Of a stretch of 64,000 nucleotides of DNA, positions 9,814-17,867 are shown piece by piece. A program made the translations under genes and the position numbers. Source of the DNA: a virus (taxonomy: Duplodnaviria; Caudoviricetes); the IMG/VR virus record IMGVR_UViG_3300024272_000051, positions 40,405-104,404 of that record; one strand, given 5' to 3'. The notes under the pieces are model-generated. The model was not told the origin of the DNA. It did not search any database and was given only the letters and a program-made list of their open reading frames with translations. Each line of letters opens with the position of its first letter. Positions within the stretch are counted from its first letter, which is position 1.

Positions 9814-10434
9814 ATGAATTTATATCAATATATCTCAGTCGGTATTCAACTGATTTTGGTAGTAGTTCTTGTTGCTCTAATGTGGGAAGACCGCAACAAG
9901 AGAAAGGTTGGAGAATTTGAAAAGGTCAGCTTTAAGCAGTTCTATTCTGCTATGAAAGACGAGTTTTATGAGCATTTAGCCCCAGAGGTAAGCGAAGTCG
10001 AGTATGTTGAACGTGTCAAAGAAATGTATGATGCGATTGAACTTCCTACCAGAGCTACAAAGGGAAGTGCTGGATACGATTTTAAGGCGCCGTTTTCATT
10101 TGAATTGATGCCCAGACACACCATTAAAATCCCGACAGGTATTCGTGTAAAGATTCGTAACGACTGGTGGCTTGGATGTCTTCCGAGAAGCAGCTTGGGA
10201 TTTAAGTACAGAGCGCAGCTTGACAATACCATGGGAGTTATTGACTCAGACTATTACTACTCAGACAATGAGGGTCATATCTTTGTTAAGATGACGAATG
10301 ACTCTGGAAACAAAAAGTTGATGGTTAATACCGGCGACGGCTTTGTACAGGGTATTTTTATGCCATATGGAACAACACAGTCAGACAAGACTACAGTTAC
10401 CAGAAATGGTGGCATTGGTTCTACAGGACGATAA
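9814..10434 (+). CDS. dut: Trimeric dUTPase with an N-terminal hydrophobic segment
   Basis: SAGYD, PRSS, GVIDSDY, QGIF, RNGGIGSTG; AGGAG RBS before 9814. Confidence 0.92.
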   Translation: MNLYQYISVGIQLILVVVLVALMWEDRNKRKVGEFEKVSFKQFYSAMKDEFYEHLAPEVSEVEYVERVKEMYDAIELPTRATKGSAGYDFKAPFSFELMPRHTIKIPTGIRVKIRNDWWLGCLPRSSLGFKYRAQLDNTMGVIDSDYYYSDNEGHIFVKMTNDSGNKKLMVNTGDGFVQGIFMPYGTTQSDKTTVTRNGGIGSTGR

Positions 10435-10463
10435 AAGAAAAGCCGCCCCTTTGTGGGGCGGCT
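10432..10463 (-). terminator. GC-rich hairpin with U-tract on the minus strand
   Basis: AGCCGCCCC-tttgt-GGGGCGGCT preceded by an A-run on the + strand. Confidence 0.55.
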
Positions 10464-10496
10464 ACACTGTTGTCTGCGCGAAAATGGAGATGGAAG

Positions 10497-10688
10497 ATGT
10501 TAAATGGTTTAGAAGTATATACAGTTAAGGAAATTCAGGAATTATTTAAGTGTGGAAAAAGACAAGCCTATGAACTTATGCGTTCTCCGTCATTTCCCTC
10601 AATCAAAGTTGGAGGAAGATACATAGTCGAAAAAAGTGCCCTGCAGCGCTGGTTTTCGACATATGAAGGATCATATTTCATCATTTGA
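10497..10688 (+). CDS. xis: Excisionase-like HTH protein
   Basis: YTVKEIQELFKCGKRQAYEL...FPSIKVGGRYIV; immediately upstream of the integrase. Confidence 0.85.
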   Translation: MLNGLEVYTVKEIQELFKCGKRQAYELMRSPSFPSIKVGGRYIVEKSALQRWFSTYEGSYFII

Positions 10689-10702
10689 GGAGGCGTATGT
10701 TT

Positions 10703-11821
10703 ATGGCAAAGTCTGGAAGTATTTCAAAAAGAGCAGATGGTCGGTGGACAGTAAAATACAAGAACAGGCAAACGACCTGCAAAACAGAAGCTGAAGCAAA
10801 ACGGAAGCTTAAAGAAATGAAAGCGGTAAGCATAATACAAGCTGTCCCGGTGGCAAAATTGACTGCTGAAGATGCTATAACGAAGTGGCTAAGTGTACAA
10901 CAAGTTAGGCTGAAACCGAGTAGTTTTGACAGGCTTGAGCAGGTTTGGGAAAACCAAGTAAAGCTGTATTTTGCAAAACAGCAGTTCAGTACAATCAAAA
11001 AAGGCGACATAGATGATATGCTGATTGATCTATGTAATAAGGGATACTCCTATTCGACGGTCAAGAAAGCATTTGAGCTTTTAAGCGGGTGTTTCAGATA
11101 TTATCTGGAACGAGAAACAATAACCAGTGATCCAACCACCTTTGTAAAAGTGCCATCTGTTAACAAGAAACCAAAAGGCGAAATCATATTCTATGAAGAA
11201 GACGAGCTACGCAAAATTTATGATGCGTCAACCAGAAAGTATTCCAATGGGGTGCCTGTGTTCAGACAGGGGTGGGCAATTGTTCTGCTCGGCAATACAG
11301 GACTACGCCTTGGTGAGCTTTGTGGGTTGACATGGGACAATGTTGACTTTAAGAAAAAACAAATTATAATCAAAGGAAATAGGGTATTGGTAAAGAACCG
11401 AGATGAGGGTGCAACAACCAGAAACAAGCTTGTTGACCAAAAGGTTACAAAGACACAGAATGGTATGCGCACAGTTCCTCTCAATGAGATGGCCGTAGAA
11501 GCACTCATAGAACTACAAAAGATAAAGAGTAGTAACTATGTGCTTGCATCGAGACACGGCAATCCGACATACCCTAAGGTGTTAGACACGACATTCCGCA
11601 GAGTGTTAAAAGCTGCGGGCATACCAGAAGATAGGATTTATGGTGTGCACTCTCTCAGACATTCGTTTGCGACTACGCTAATACGAAATGGAGTGTCGCC
11701 CAAGACAGTCTCCAAACTATTAGGGCATGGAGACATCAACATTACATTACAGACGTATGTTCATGCACTGCAAAATGACTACTCAGACGCAGTTGCGATG
11801 TTGGACAGAGCTATAAAATAG
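10703..11821 (+). CDS. int: Phage tyrosine integrase
   Basis: N-terminal arm-binding GSISKRADGRW; TGLRLGE, KT, HSLRH, LGH and TYVH catalytic set; adjacent to att site. Confidence 0.95.
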   Translation: MAKSGSISKRADGRWTVKYKNRQTTCKTEAEAKRKLKEMKAVSIIQAVPVAKLTAEDAITKWLSVQQVRLKPSSFDRLEQVWENQVKLYFAKQQFSTIKKGDIDDMLIDLCNKGYSYSTVKKAFELLSGCFRYYLERETITSDPTTFVKVPSVNKKPKGEIIFYEEDELRKIYDASTRKYSNGVPVFRQGWAIVLLGNTGLRLGELCGLTWDNVDFKKKQIIIKGNRVLVKNRDEGATTRNKLVDQKVTKTQNGMRTVPLNEMAVEALIELQKIKSSNYVLASRHGNPTYPKVLDTTFRRVLKAAGIPEDRIYGVHSLRHSFATTLIRNGVSPKTVSKLLGHGDINITLQTYVHALQNDYSDAVAMLDRAIK

Positions 11822-11910
11822 CTCAAAAAATTGGTGTCAAAATTGGTGTCAAAAATTTTTTCGATGGCTGAAAGCCAGTATTTTCAAGCGTTTGCGGAGT
11901 TTGGCGGATG

Positions 11911-11958
11911 GGTCTCCAAAACCGTAGGCTCAGGGTTCAAGTCCTTGTGCCCCTGCCA
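11911..11958 (+). pseudogene. 3' half of tRNA-Trp(CCA), the att core
   Basis: GGTCTCCAAAACC anticodon arm, GGTTCAAGTCC T-arm, TGCCCCTGCCA end; no 5' acceptor strand or D-arm upstream. Confidence 0.88.
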
Positions 11959-12018
11959 AACAAAGAAATCGGTAGATGCTTGGAAAGTTCAAGTTTCTTT
12001 CGGTTTCTTTGTTTTTTG
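11958..12018 (+). terminator. Long hairpin plus U-tract directly after the tRNA-Trp fragment
   Basis: AAACAAAGAAATCGG...TCGGTTTCTTTGTTT then T-run. Confidence 0.6.
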
Positions 12019-12301
12019 CTACCATTTTGCTTCTGAATGTTTCGGATATCAAGAGTGGGATTTTGCTTTGCATTCCGCATAGATTAGCTGCACTCGCTCG
12101 AAATTGTCCTATTTTATCCTTTTGTATCCCTTTTTATCCTCCGAAAAAGGTGTCAAAAAGGTGTCAAACTATTCGGAGTATTCTAAACTATTCCATTATC
12201 TTTTCTTCGTCTCAGCTATCATGTTGGGGCGAAATACATACTATATGTTCCTTTAAAAGATCGCTAATTTCGATTAACTATGTTTTAAGAGAATATTGTT
12301 T

Positions 12302-12401
12302 AAGGGCAGGGTAGAACTAAGCTTCTATCTTGCCCTTTATTTTTTTGCCGATTATGGCGCAAAAAAATGAGAGCCAACTCCGATATGGAGAAAGCTCTCA
12401 T
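12302..12401. terminator. Back-to-back convergent terminators between attP and the lysis cassette
   Basis: AAGGGCAGGGTAGAA/TTCTATCTTGCCCTT plus T-run (+ strand); ATGAGAGC.../GCTCTCAT with upstream A-run (- strand). Confidence 0.7.
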
Positions 12402-12445
12402 AAATACTTAGATATTTACACCCACAAATATCTGAATTTCAGTTA

Positions 12446-13069
12446 TCATTCGTATCCTCGGACATCCTCCAGGAACGTATGATTTTTCATGTGATTTTCA
12501 TAGGACTCAGTTATGATCCTATAAACAATATCAATCTCACCGTTTGTAAGTCCACGCTCTTCAAGGAAGACCTCGTATCTGTCGTAAACCTTAAAAATAC
12601 GATTAAACTCTTCTCTCGAAACAACTGCGTTTTCGTTACTAACTCTATTGGCAAAATCAATAATTCTATCTCTGCTGCTCTGAACAAACATTTCTTCTGT
12701 CATTTTAGTGTTGTCTCTCAGAGCCTCTGTTACATCGGCTAAATTTTTGCTGATTTCTACGATAGAATCATCATAGGTATCAGCCCTGTCATTTACCCAT
12801 TGCATCCACTTATCGCGTTTGGAGATATTGTCAGCTGAGTAATGGCTGTTTACATCGCTCAACAGCTGTCTCACTTCTTTTAGTGTTTGTGCTGCCTCTT
12901 CTTTTTCTCTTTTCTTTCTGGTAAATACTTTTCTGATCTTAAGGAACTCTGGTACTACTTTGCCCTTGAATTCCAAAATTTCTCCAATGCCTTGCATACC
13001 AAAAAAGACGACTGCTACTCCAATTGCGATTTTAGTTGGTACATTTAAATAATTAAGATAGTTCAGCAT
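12446..13069 (-). CDS. Lysis-cassette membrane protein (N-terminal TM helix plus coiled coil)
   Basis: IAIGVAVVFFG hydrophobic helix; last gene of the lysis block. Confidence 0.65.
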   Translation of the reverse strand: MLNYLNYLNVPTKIAIGVAVVFFGMQGIGEILEFKGKVVPEFLKIRKVFTRKKREKEEAAQTLKEVRQLLSDVNSHYSADNISKRDKWMQWVNDRADTYDDSIVEISKNLADVTEALRDNTKMTEEMFVQSSRDRIIDFANRVSNENAVVSREEFNRIFKVYDRYEVFLEERGLTNGEIDIVYRIITESYENHMKNHTFLEDVRGYE

Positions 13070-13379
13070 CTTGGGCTACCTCTGTTTCTGCGTCGGCCTC
13101 GACAAGGACGCCCTCTTCGACTTCAAACATATCAGAGATATACTCGATAATACCCTGCAATGCTGTGCCAATGGTGGATGCGCTGGCTGCGTCGATCTTA
13201 CCTTCGGTAACAATATATGTAATTGCAGAAATAAGAGCGGTAACGCAACCGGCAATAGCTTGAACATCACTTTCAGCTCCATTTCCACCAACTGCTAAAA
13301 TAACGCCAAGAACAATGCCTGCGATGGCGCACCATAACTTCGTGGACTTCAGCTTTTGCCAAAATGTACGTGTTTGCAT
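13053..13379 (-). CDS. Holin
   Basis: WQKLKSTKLW, two TM helices, YIVTEGKIDAA; GGAGG RBS. Confidence 0.75.
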   Translation of the reverse strand: MQTRTFWQKLKSTKLWCAIAGIVLGVILAVGGNGAESDVQAIAGCVTALISAITYIVTEGKIDAASASTIGTALQGIIEYISDMFEVEEGVLVEADAETEVAQDAELS

Positions 13380-13399
13380 ATTAGTTCCTCCCATGGATC

Positions 13400-13420
13400 G
13401 CCCTCCGCCGAAGCGGAGGG
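13400..13420 (-). promoter_or_regulatory. Stable cUUCGg hairpin just upstream of the holin RBS
   Basis: CCCTCCGC-TTCG-GCGGAGGG on the minus strand. Confidence 0.5.
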
Positions 13421-13425
13421 ATCTG

Positions 13426-13803
13426 TTATATTGATGGACTGTCTTTTGAAATAGATTGCTTTAAGAACCCTTTGGCTTGAGCAGAAGCAAAAGTAATACC
13501 ATCACCATTGCCACCCACATTTTCTGCCCTATTCTTATCGACCACACGGCTTATAGCAATGCTTACTGCTGTACCTATCGGAGTAAAGACAACTGTCCAG
13601 CACATAAGAGCGCCGGTATACCCAGTGGAAATACTCTTCAGGGCAAGATAAAAGCCGCCGACCAAACCGGCAGCAAGAAAGAGTAGTATGTAGAGGGCGA
13701 GTCGATTAGTAAAACCAAGCTTAGCAAAATGAGCCAATAGGGGACAGCCCTTCTTCTGCTTCTCTTTTTTGGGCTTTGTGTTTTTGCTAATCAAGACTAT
13801 CAC
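13426..13803 (-). CDS. Two-TM membrane protein (holin or antiholin candidate)
   Basis: Basic N-terminus and two hydrophobic helices; lies between endolysin and holin. Confidence 0.6.
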   Translation of the reverse strand: MIVLISKNTKPKKEKQKKGCPLLAHFAKLGFTNRLALYILLFLAAGLVGGFYLALKSISTGYTGALMCWTVVFTPIGTAVSIAISRVVDKNRAENVGGNGDGITFASAQAKGFLKQSISKDSPSI

Positions 13804-14603
13804 ACCTTACCCATCATCTTTGCAAATCTGTATAGGATGGTAGCCATCTGCTCTCTTGTGAGAACGTCTTCCCACATATAGTTGGGTTCACCGGTAGCAG
13901 TTACATTACCGCCAGTGATCAAACCAGAGTTAATAGCCCAGTCACGAGCTTCCTTGCTCCACTGTGCGGAATCATTATCCTGCAGACCTTCGCGCATCTG
14001 CAGCCACAGTTCTCTAAATCTTTCAACGTTCATATCATCATCCTCCTCGAACTCCATGCCCTCGACCAAGGAATAGTCGGGGCGACCATATCTGCCATAA
14101 CTAATTGGATAAGACTTGGGCGCAACACCACCGCCATTAGCGACTACGCCAGATGCTGCAGATGTATTGCCCTCGATTGTATAGACTCGTCCATCGCGTA
14201 CATCAATAACAAGACCAGTGTGGTAAGATGTAGCCCATCCATCGTTGCTGAAGAAAATTTGGTCTCCGGGCTTAGGCTCGGTCTTCAGCTGACCCTTTGC
14301 TTTGTAGTACTTCATAGAGAACTCACAGCCGGCACCAAGACCGCCCATGGGTTGACACAGAAGCTTCATGCCCATTTCAAGACCAAAAGCCTTGATAAAG
14401 CACCAGTCAACAAAGACATCACACCAGTGATATCCATTCTTGTTACCGTTGTAAACTCCGAGCTGAGCAAGATCTCTGGCATACTTAGTCCAGTTGTTAT
14501 AACCGGCATTGCCTGTGTGACTGTCGAGATTAGAGTTAGTTGCCTTTTCAAGATACCCAATCTCATTCTTTGCCACTTGAATTACTTTTTCAATTGCTGT
14601 CAA
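13800..14603 (-). CDS. Endolysin: CHAP domain plus SLH-like cell-binding domain
   Basis: EIGYLEK, WCDVFVDW, HTGLV, TIEGNT; C-terminal WSKEARDWA...LTREQMATILYRF; TTG start after AGGAGG. Confidence 0.9.
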   Translation of the reverse strand: MTAIEKVIQVAKNEIGYLEKATNSNLDSHTGNAGYNNWTKYARDLAQLGVYNGNKNGYHWCDVFVDWCFIKAFGLEMGMKLLCQPMGGLGAGCEFSMKYYKAKGQLKTEPKPGDQIFFSNDGWATSYHTGLVIDVRDGRVYTIEGNTSAASGVVANGGGVAPKSYPISYGRYGRPDYSLVEGMEFEEDDDMNVERFRELWLQMREGLQDNDSAQWSKEARDWAINSGLITGGNVTATGEPNYMWEDVLTREQMATILYRFAKMMGKV

Positions 14604-14650
14604 GAATATTCCTCCTTCCAAGCCAATCGATTTTTTAGAATGATTCCTAG

Positions 14651-14793
14651 AGCCATCAGATTCGTTTCTGGTGGCTTATTTTTTTACATAGAAAAAGACA
14701 CGCCCACATAACCTATCTCAGAAACTGATTCATCTGAGCAGGTGAGAGCATGTCTGTGCGGATATAACAATACCGGGCCCGATTGAGCCCGGT
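14651..14793. promoter_or_regulatory. Three-hairpin structured intergenic region upstream of the endolysin, including convergent terminators
   Basis: Hairpins at 14651-14676 (+ T-run), 14696-14755 (long stem, - strand T-run) and 14772-14793. Confidence 0.55.
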
Positions 14794-14815
14794 TATGTAT
14801 GAAATATTGGTTTTA

Positions 14816-15589
14816 TCAGCGAAATGTAACCGTGATTTGTGAAGGGTCATAGTCCTCCGGAACACTTCCACTAAACAACAGATTAATAAAAATGTACTTT
14901 CCACCAATTTCTGATATTGAAAAGCTGCCAGAGGTACCGCCGCCAAATCCAATCCTGCTCCAAGTTTGAGAATCTGCATCATAGCTTACAACAAAATAAC
15001 CATAGTTCGTTACAGCTAGTCCATGTCCCATGGTGTCAGATACACCTATATTCATATTAGTAGCATTATCGGGGATTTGTATGGGGTAATAGCCACTAAT
15101 ACTTAGGTTGTCTACATTCTTTGTAGAGGACGCAAATAAATATTTGTCATTTAGTGCAAAGCCAGCATAAACATCTACGGTAGTTATATGGTGTCCTACC
15201 CACAAATCAAAGTTCTCAACACGAACACGATTCACATTTATAGTAACGTCTTCTGTAATATTTTCAACTGTCACTAAATTGTCTGAATATGAAGATTGTG
15301 TAATATTATTTTCACCCATTGTTATATGTACATCAGACGAATTACATATAAAACCTACTGGCGGAGATAAAGTAGCGCTATAGTTATGTACTAAAGATAC
15401 ATTATTTAGATTACTATTTATATGTGTGCCCCCAGGACATTTTTCAATGTGATACCCGGCGATTAATGTATCTACCGCATCGGTCAAATTAATATTACTT
15501 ACGCCTGTTTTTTCATTTGCACTATCTAAGAGAGTGCGAAATTGGTTTTTTACTGATTGTGCTGTAATCACAATAATCACCTCACTCAC
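14816..15589 (-). CDS. Putative virion adsorption protein: N-terminal shared motif plus one Ig-like repeat
   Basis: SVKNQFRTLLDSANEKTG...LTDAVDTL; ITMGENNIT repeat; paralogous to 15586-16881. Confidence 0.6.
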   Translation of the reverse strand: MSEVIIVITAQSVKNQFRTLLDSANEKTGVSNINLTDAVDTLIAGYHIEKCPGGTHINSNLNNVSLVHNYSATLSPPVGFICNSSDVHITMGENNITQSSYSDNLVTVENITEDVTINVNRVRVENFDLWVGHHITTVDVYAGFALNDKYLFASSTKNVDNLSISGYYPIQIPDNATNMNIGVSDTMGHGLAVTNYGYFVVSYDADSQTWSRIGFGGGTSGSFSISEIGGKYIFINLLFSGSVPEDYDPSQITVTFR

Positions 15590-16881
15590 GAATAACGTAT
15601 CTTGGAGTTGGTGAGTTGACTAGCGGTAGATGTAGACCAATACGGGTCGCTAAACATATTAAATACGACATTAACACCGCCATCTTCTACAACTCCCCAA
15701 TCGCCCCATTTCTCTCTGCATATATCAATGGTTGTTGATAAATTGAGGTCATTTGTTGCTGTGCTTACAAACTCGTGGTTGGAAGAATATTTATTACCGG
15801 CAATAAATGCGGCTTCTACAGTGATCAACTCTGGACACATTGTATAAAGATGTATTTGCGATGCCCCAATTGGGATTGGTATCAAATAAACATTGCCATA
15901 TATGGTGTAAGCACTCGTTCTTGCTGTGCCACAACCCAATAAAGCACAATCATCATAAAGCTGACTGTTCGTACCACTAATACCGTTTGTAGTCGATGAC
16001 ACTTTAGTATTTGTAATTGCGCGCAAAGTTGATGCATACTCCACAGAAACTACAATATCTATATCTCCGCTTATACTTTCTATGAATATTTCAGCGGTCT
16101 TATAGTCTGCGGAAATAGCACAGCAATCTGATGTAATGTCTACACCACCCATGGTAACAACGATACTTCGATCATATAGAAGCCACCAGCTTGGGAGCGA
16201 TACGGTAACAGTGGTTGAAAAAGAACTGTTGCGATCTACGGTATCTGGCTGGTTGCTCAAAGTGACTCCGACAGGGGAGTATGTAACAGCATAGGAAGTA
16301 ATTTCGCCACACACGGCGGTAATCTCAATGTTCCCAGTAATGTTGTTGATTGTGATTGTCCCATCAGCATAAACATCCACTGTCACATCCTGCCCTCCCA
16401 TAGTAACAACAACAGATTGTAATTCATAACCATCGTCTGGAGTTAGCGTGGCCGAATATGATTGCTTTTCATATATGGTTGCAATATCGTTATTGGAAGA
16501 ACAATATGTCAGACAATTGTTAATAGAATATTGCTCCAAAGCTCTTGCATTTGCTACGATCTGCAGATCTCCAGTCAGGTCCTTGATAGATACTATGCCG
16601 TCTGCATAGGCCGTGCTTGTAATATCTACGCCATCCATAATAACAGCGACAGACCCTTCGTCTAATGTATAGCCCTCGTCAACAGACAGAGTCGCTTGAT
16701 ACGACCCTGTTAAAGAAACCAGTCCTGTATTTATAATATGTTTTCCGCCAACACAGTCACTTGCGCCAAAACCTTCAACAAGAGTGGCTATAGCATCTGA
16801 TATATTTGTATCGTTGGCGCCAGTTTCTGTATTGGAATTGAGCAACAATTCAGATAATTTTGTTTTAACGCTATTAATCAT
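15586..16881 (-). CDS. Putative virion adsorption protein: N-terminal shared motif plus three Ig-like repeats
   Basis: Three VTMGG.DIT-type repeats. Confidence 0.65.
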   Translation of the reverse strand: MINSVKTKLSELLLNSNTETGANDTNISDAIATLVEGFGASDCVGGKHIINTGLVSLTGSYQATLSVDEGYTLDEGSVAVIMDGVDITSTAYADGIVSIKDLTGDLQIVANARALEQYSINNCLTYCSSNNDIATIYEKQSYSATLTPDDGYELQSVVVTMGGQDVTVDVYADGTITINNITGNIEITAVCGEITSYAVTYSPVGVTLSNQPDTVDRNSSFSTTVTVSLPSWWLLYDRSIVVTMGGVDITSDCCAISADYKTAEIFIESISGDIDIVVSVEYASTLRAITNTKVSSTTNGISGTNSQLYDDCALLGCGTARTSAYTIYGNVYLIPIPIGASQIHLYTMCPELITVEAAFIAGNKYSSNHEFVSTATNDLNLSTTIDICREKWGDWGVVEDGGVNVVFNMFSDPYWSTSTASQLTNSKIRYS

Positions 16882-16896
16882 TGCTTTTACCTCATA

Positions 16897-17856
16897 CTAC
16901 AAAATTGGAGAATTATACTCAATGATAATTTCTATGTCTCCAGAGACTTCTGGGATATTTACAGACAAATTAGTCCCATCTATTGAAGACACAGTATTAG
17001 TTATATCCGTAGCCCCCATAAGAATTTGATACTTACAATCCGCATCAATCACATTCACTTCGTTAACATACGGATCGCCAGCAAAAACTGCTTTTAAAGC
17101 ATTGCTCATCGTAATACCGTCGCCCTGAAGGCTATTGTACGAAAGCGATACGGAATATGTTTTTGCAACAAGAGAGGCAACCTCTGCGACATACTCATTA
17201 AACATGGCATCTATCTCTGATGCCGTATAATAATTATCTGGGTCGGCGATAGTTGGAAGCGTTACTGATGTTGTAGTTCCATCTGTTTTTTTAAATCTCC
17301 AAGCTTTGTTACTATATGATACAGAGGATATTCCAACGCCATTCGATCCGGTATCTCCTTTTAGGTTTGCAGAGCTTGTTCCAGAAGCAGATGTAACAGT
17401 TAATGTAGTTCCATTCCAGGAATGAGTGCAAGAGGTGCCATCTGCACCGTTGCTGCCATTTTTGCCAGATGATCCGTTATACACATTAAAAGCAAACGAT
17501 GATCCGTCAGTTAGCGTAATAGTGATTGTGTTTACCCCGCTACTTACAAGACTTTCGGAAGTAAGTTCAATGCTCGAAATTCCGACACCATCATTGTAGT
17601 CTACGCCCTTGATAGGGGTATAGCCATCGTTTCCATTTTCGCCATTTGCACCATCTTTTCCATCAACACCATCTGTTCCAACAACCACTCCAAGATTAAT
17701 AGGTTGACCCTCAGAAAGTTCTAATATCAACTCATTGTCGTCGTTGATGTAGGCATTAGTGATGCTAACACCATCGTTGCCAGGATCTCCCTTATAGGAG
17801 TAAATTTCTGTGATTTTTCCGTCTTCGCCACGGACTCTCAAAATTGGATCTGCCAT
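16897..17856 (-). CDS. Collagen-like tail fibre/stalk protein with C-terminal Ig-like repeat
   Basis: Gly-X-Y runs (GTDGVDGKDGANGENGNDG), GYTPIKGVDY, GTSCTHSWNGT. Confidence 0.75.
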   Translation of the reverse strand: MADPILRVRGEDGKITEIYSYKGDPGNDGVSITNAYINDDNELILELSEGQPINLGVVVGTDGVDGKDGANGENGNDGYTPIKGVDYNDGVGISSIELTSESLVSSGVNTITITLTDGSSFAFNVYNGSSGKNGSNGADGTSCTHSWNGTTLTVTSASGTSSANLKGDTGSNGVGISSVSYSNKAWRFKKTDGTTTSVTLPTIADPDNYYTASEIDAMFNEYVAEVASLVAKTYSVSLSYNSLQGDGITMSNALKAVFAGDPYVNEVNVIDADCKYQILMGATDITNTVSSIDGTNLSVNIPEVSGDIEIIIEYNSPIL

Positions 17857-17867
17857 AGTATCACCCC

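Larger units (their letters stand above)
11831..12168. other. attP site: arm-type GGTGTCAAA pairs (11833/11845 and 12149/12160), tRNA-Trp core, and phased Xis-type repeats (12101-12140)
   Basis: Repeats read directly on both sides of the tRNA fragment, just downstream of int. Confidence 0.85.

Noticed and set aside
11881-11958. Complete tRNA-Trp gene
   Set aside because: No 5' acceptor strand (AGGGGCA expected) or D-arm; it is an att core fragment.
11831-12314. ORFs 11831-12082 and 11976-12314
   Set aside because: They run across attP repeats, the tRNA fragment and terminators; no RBS.
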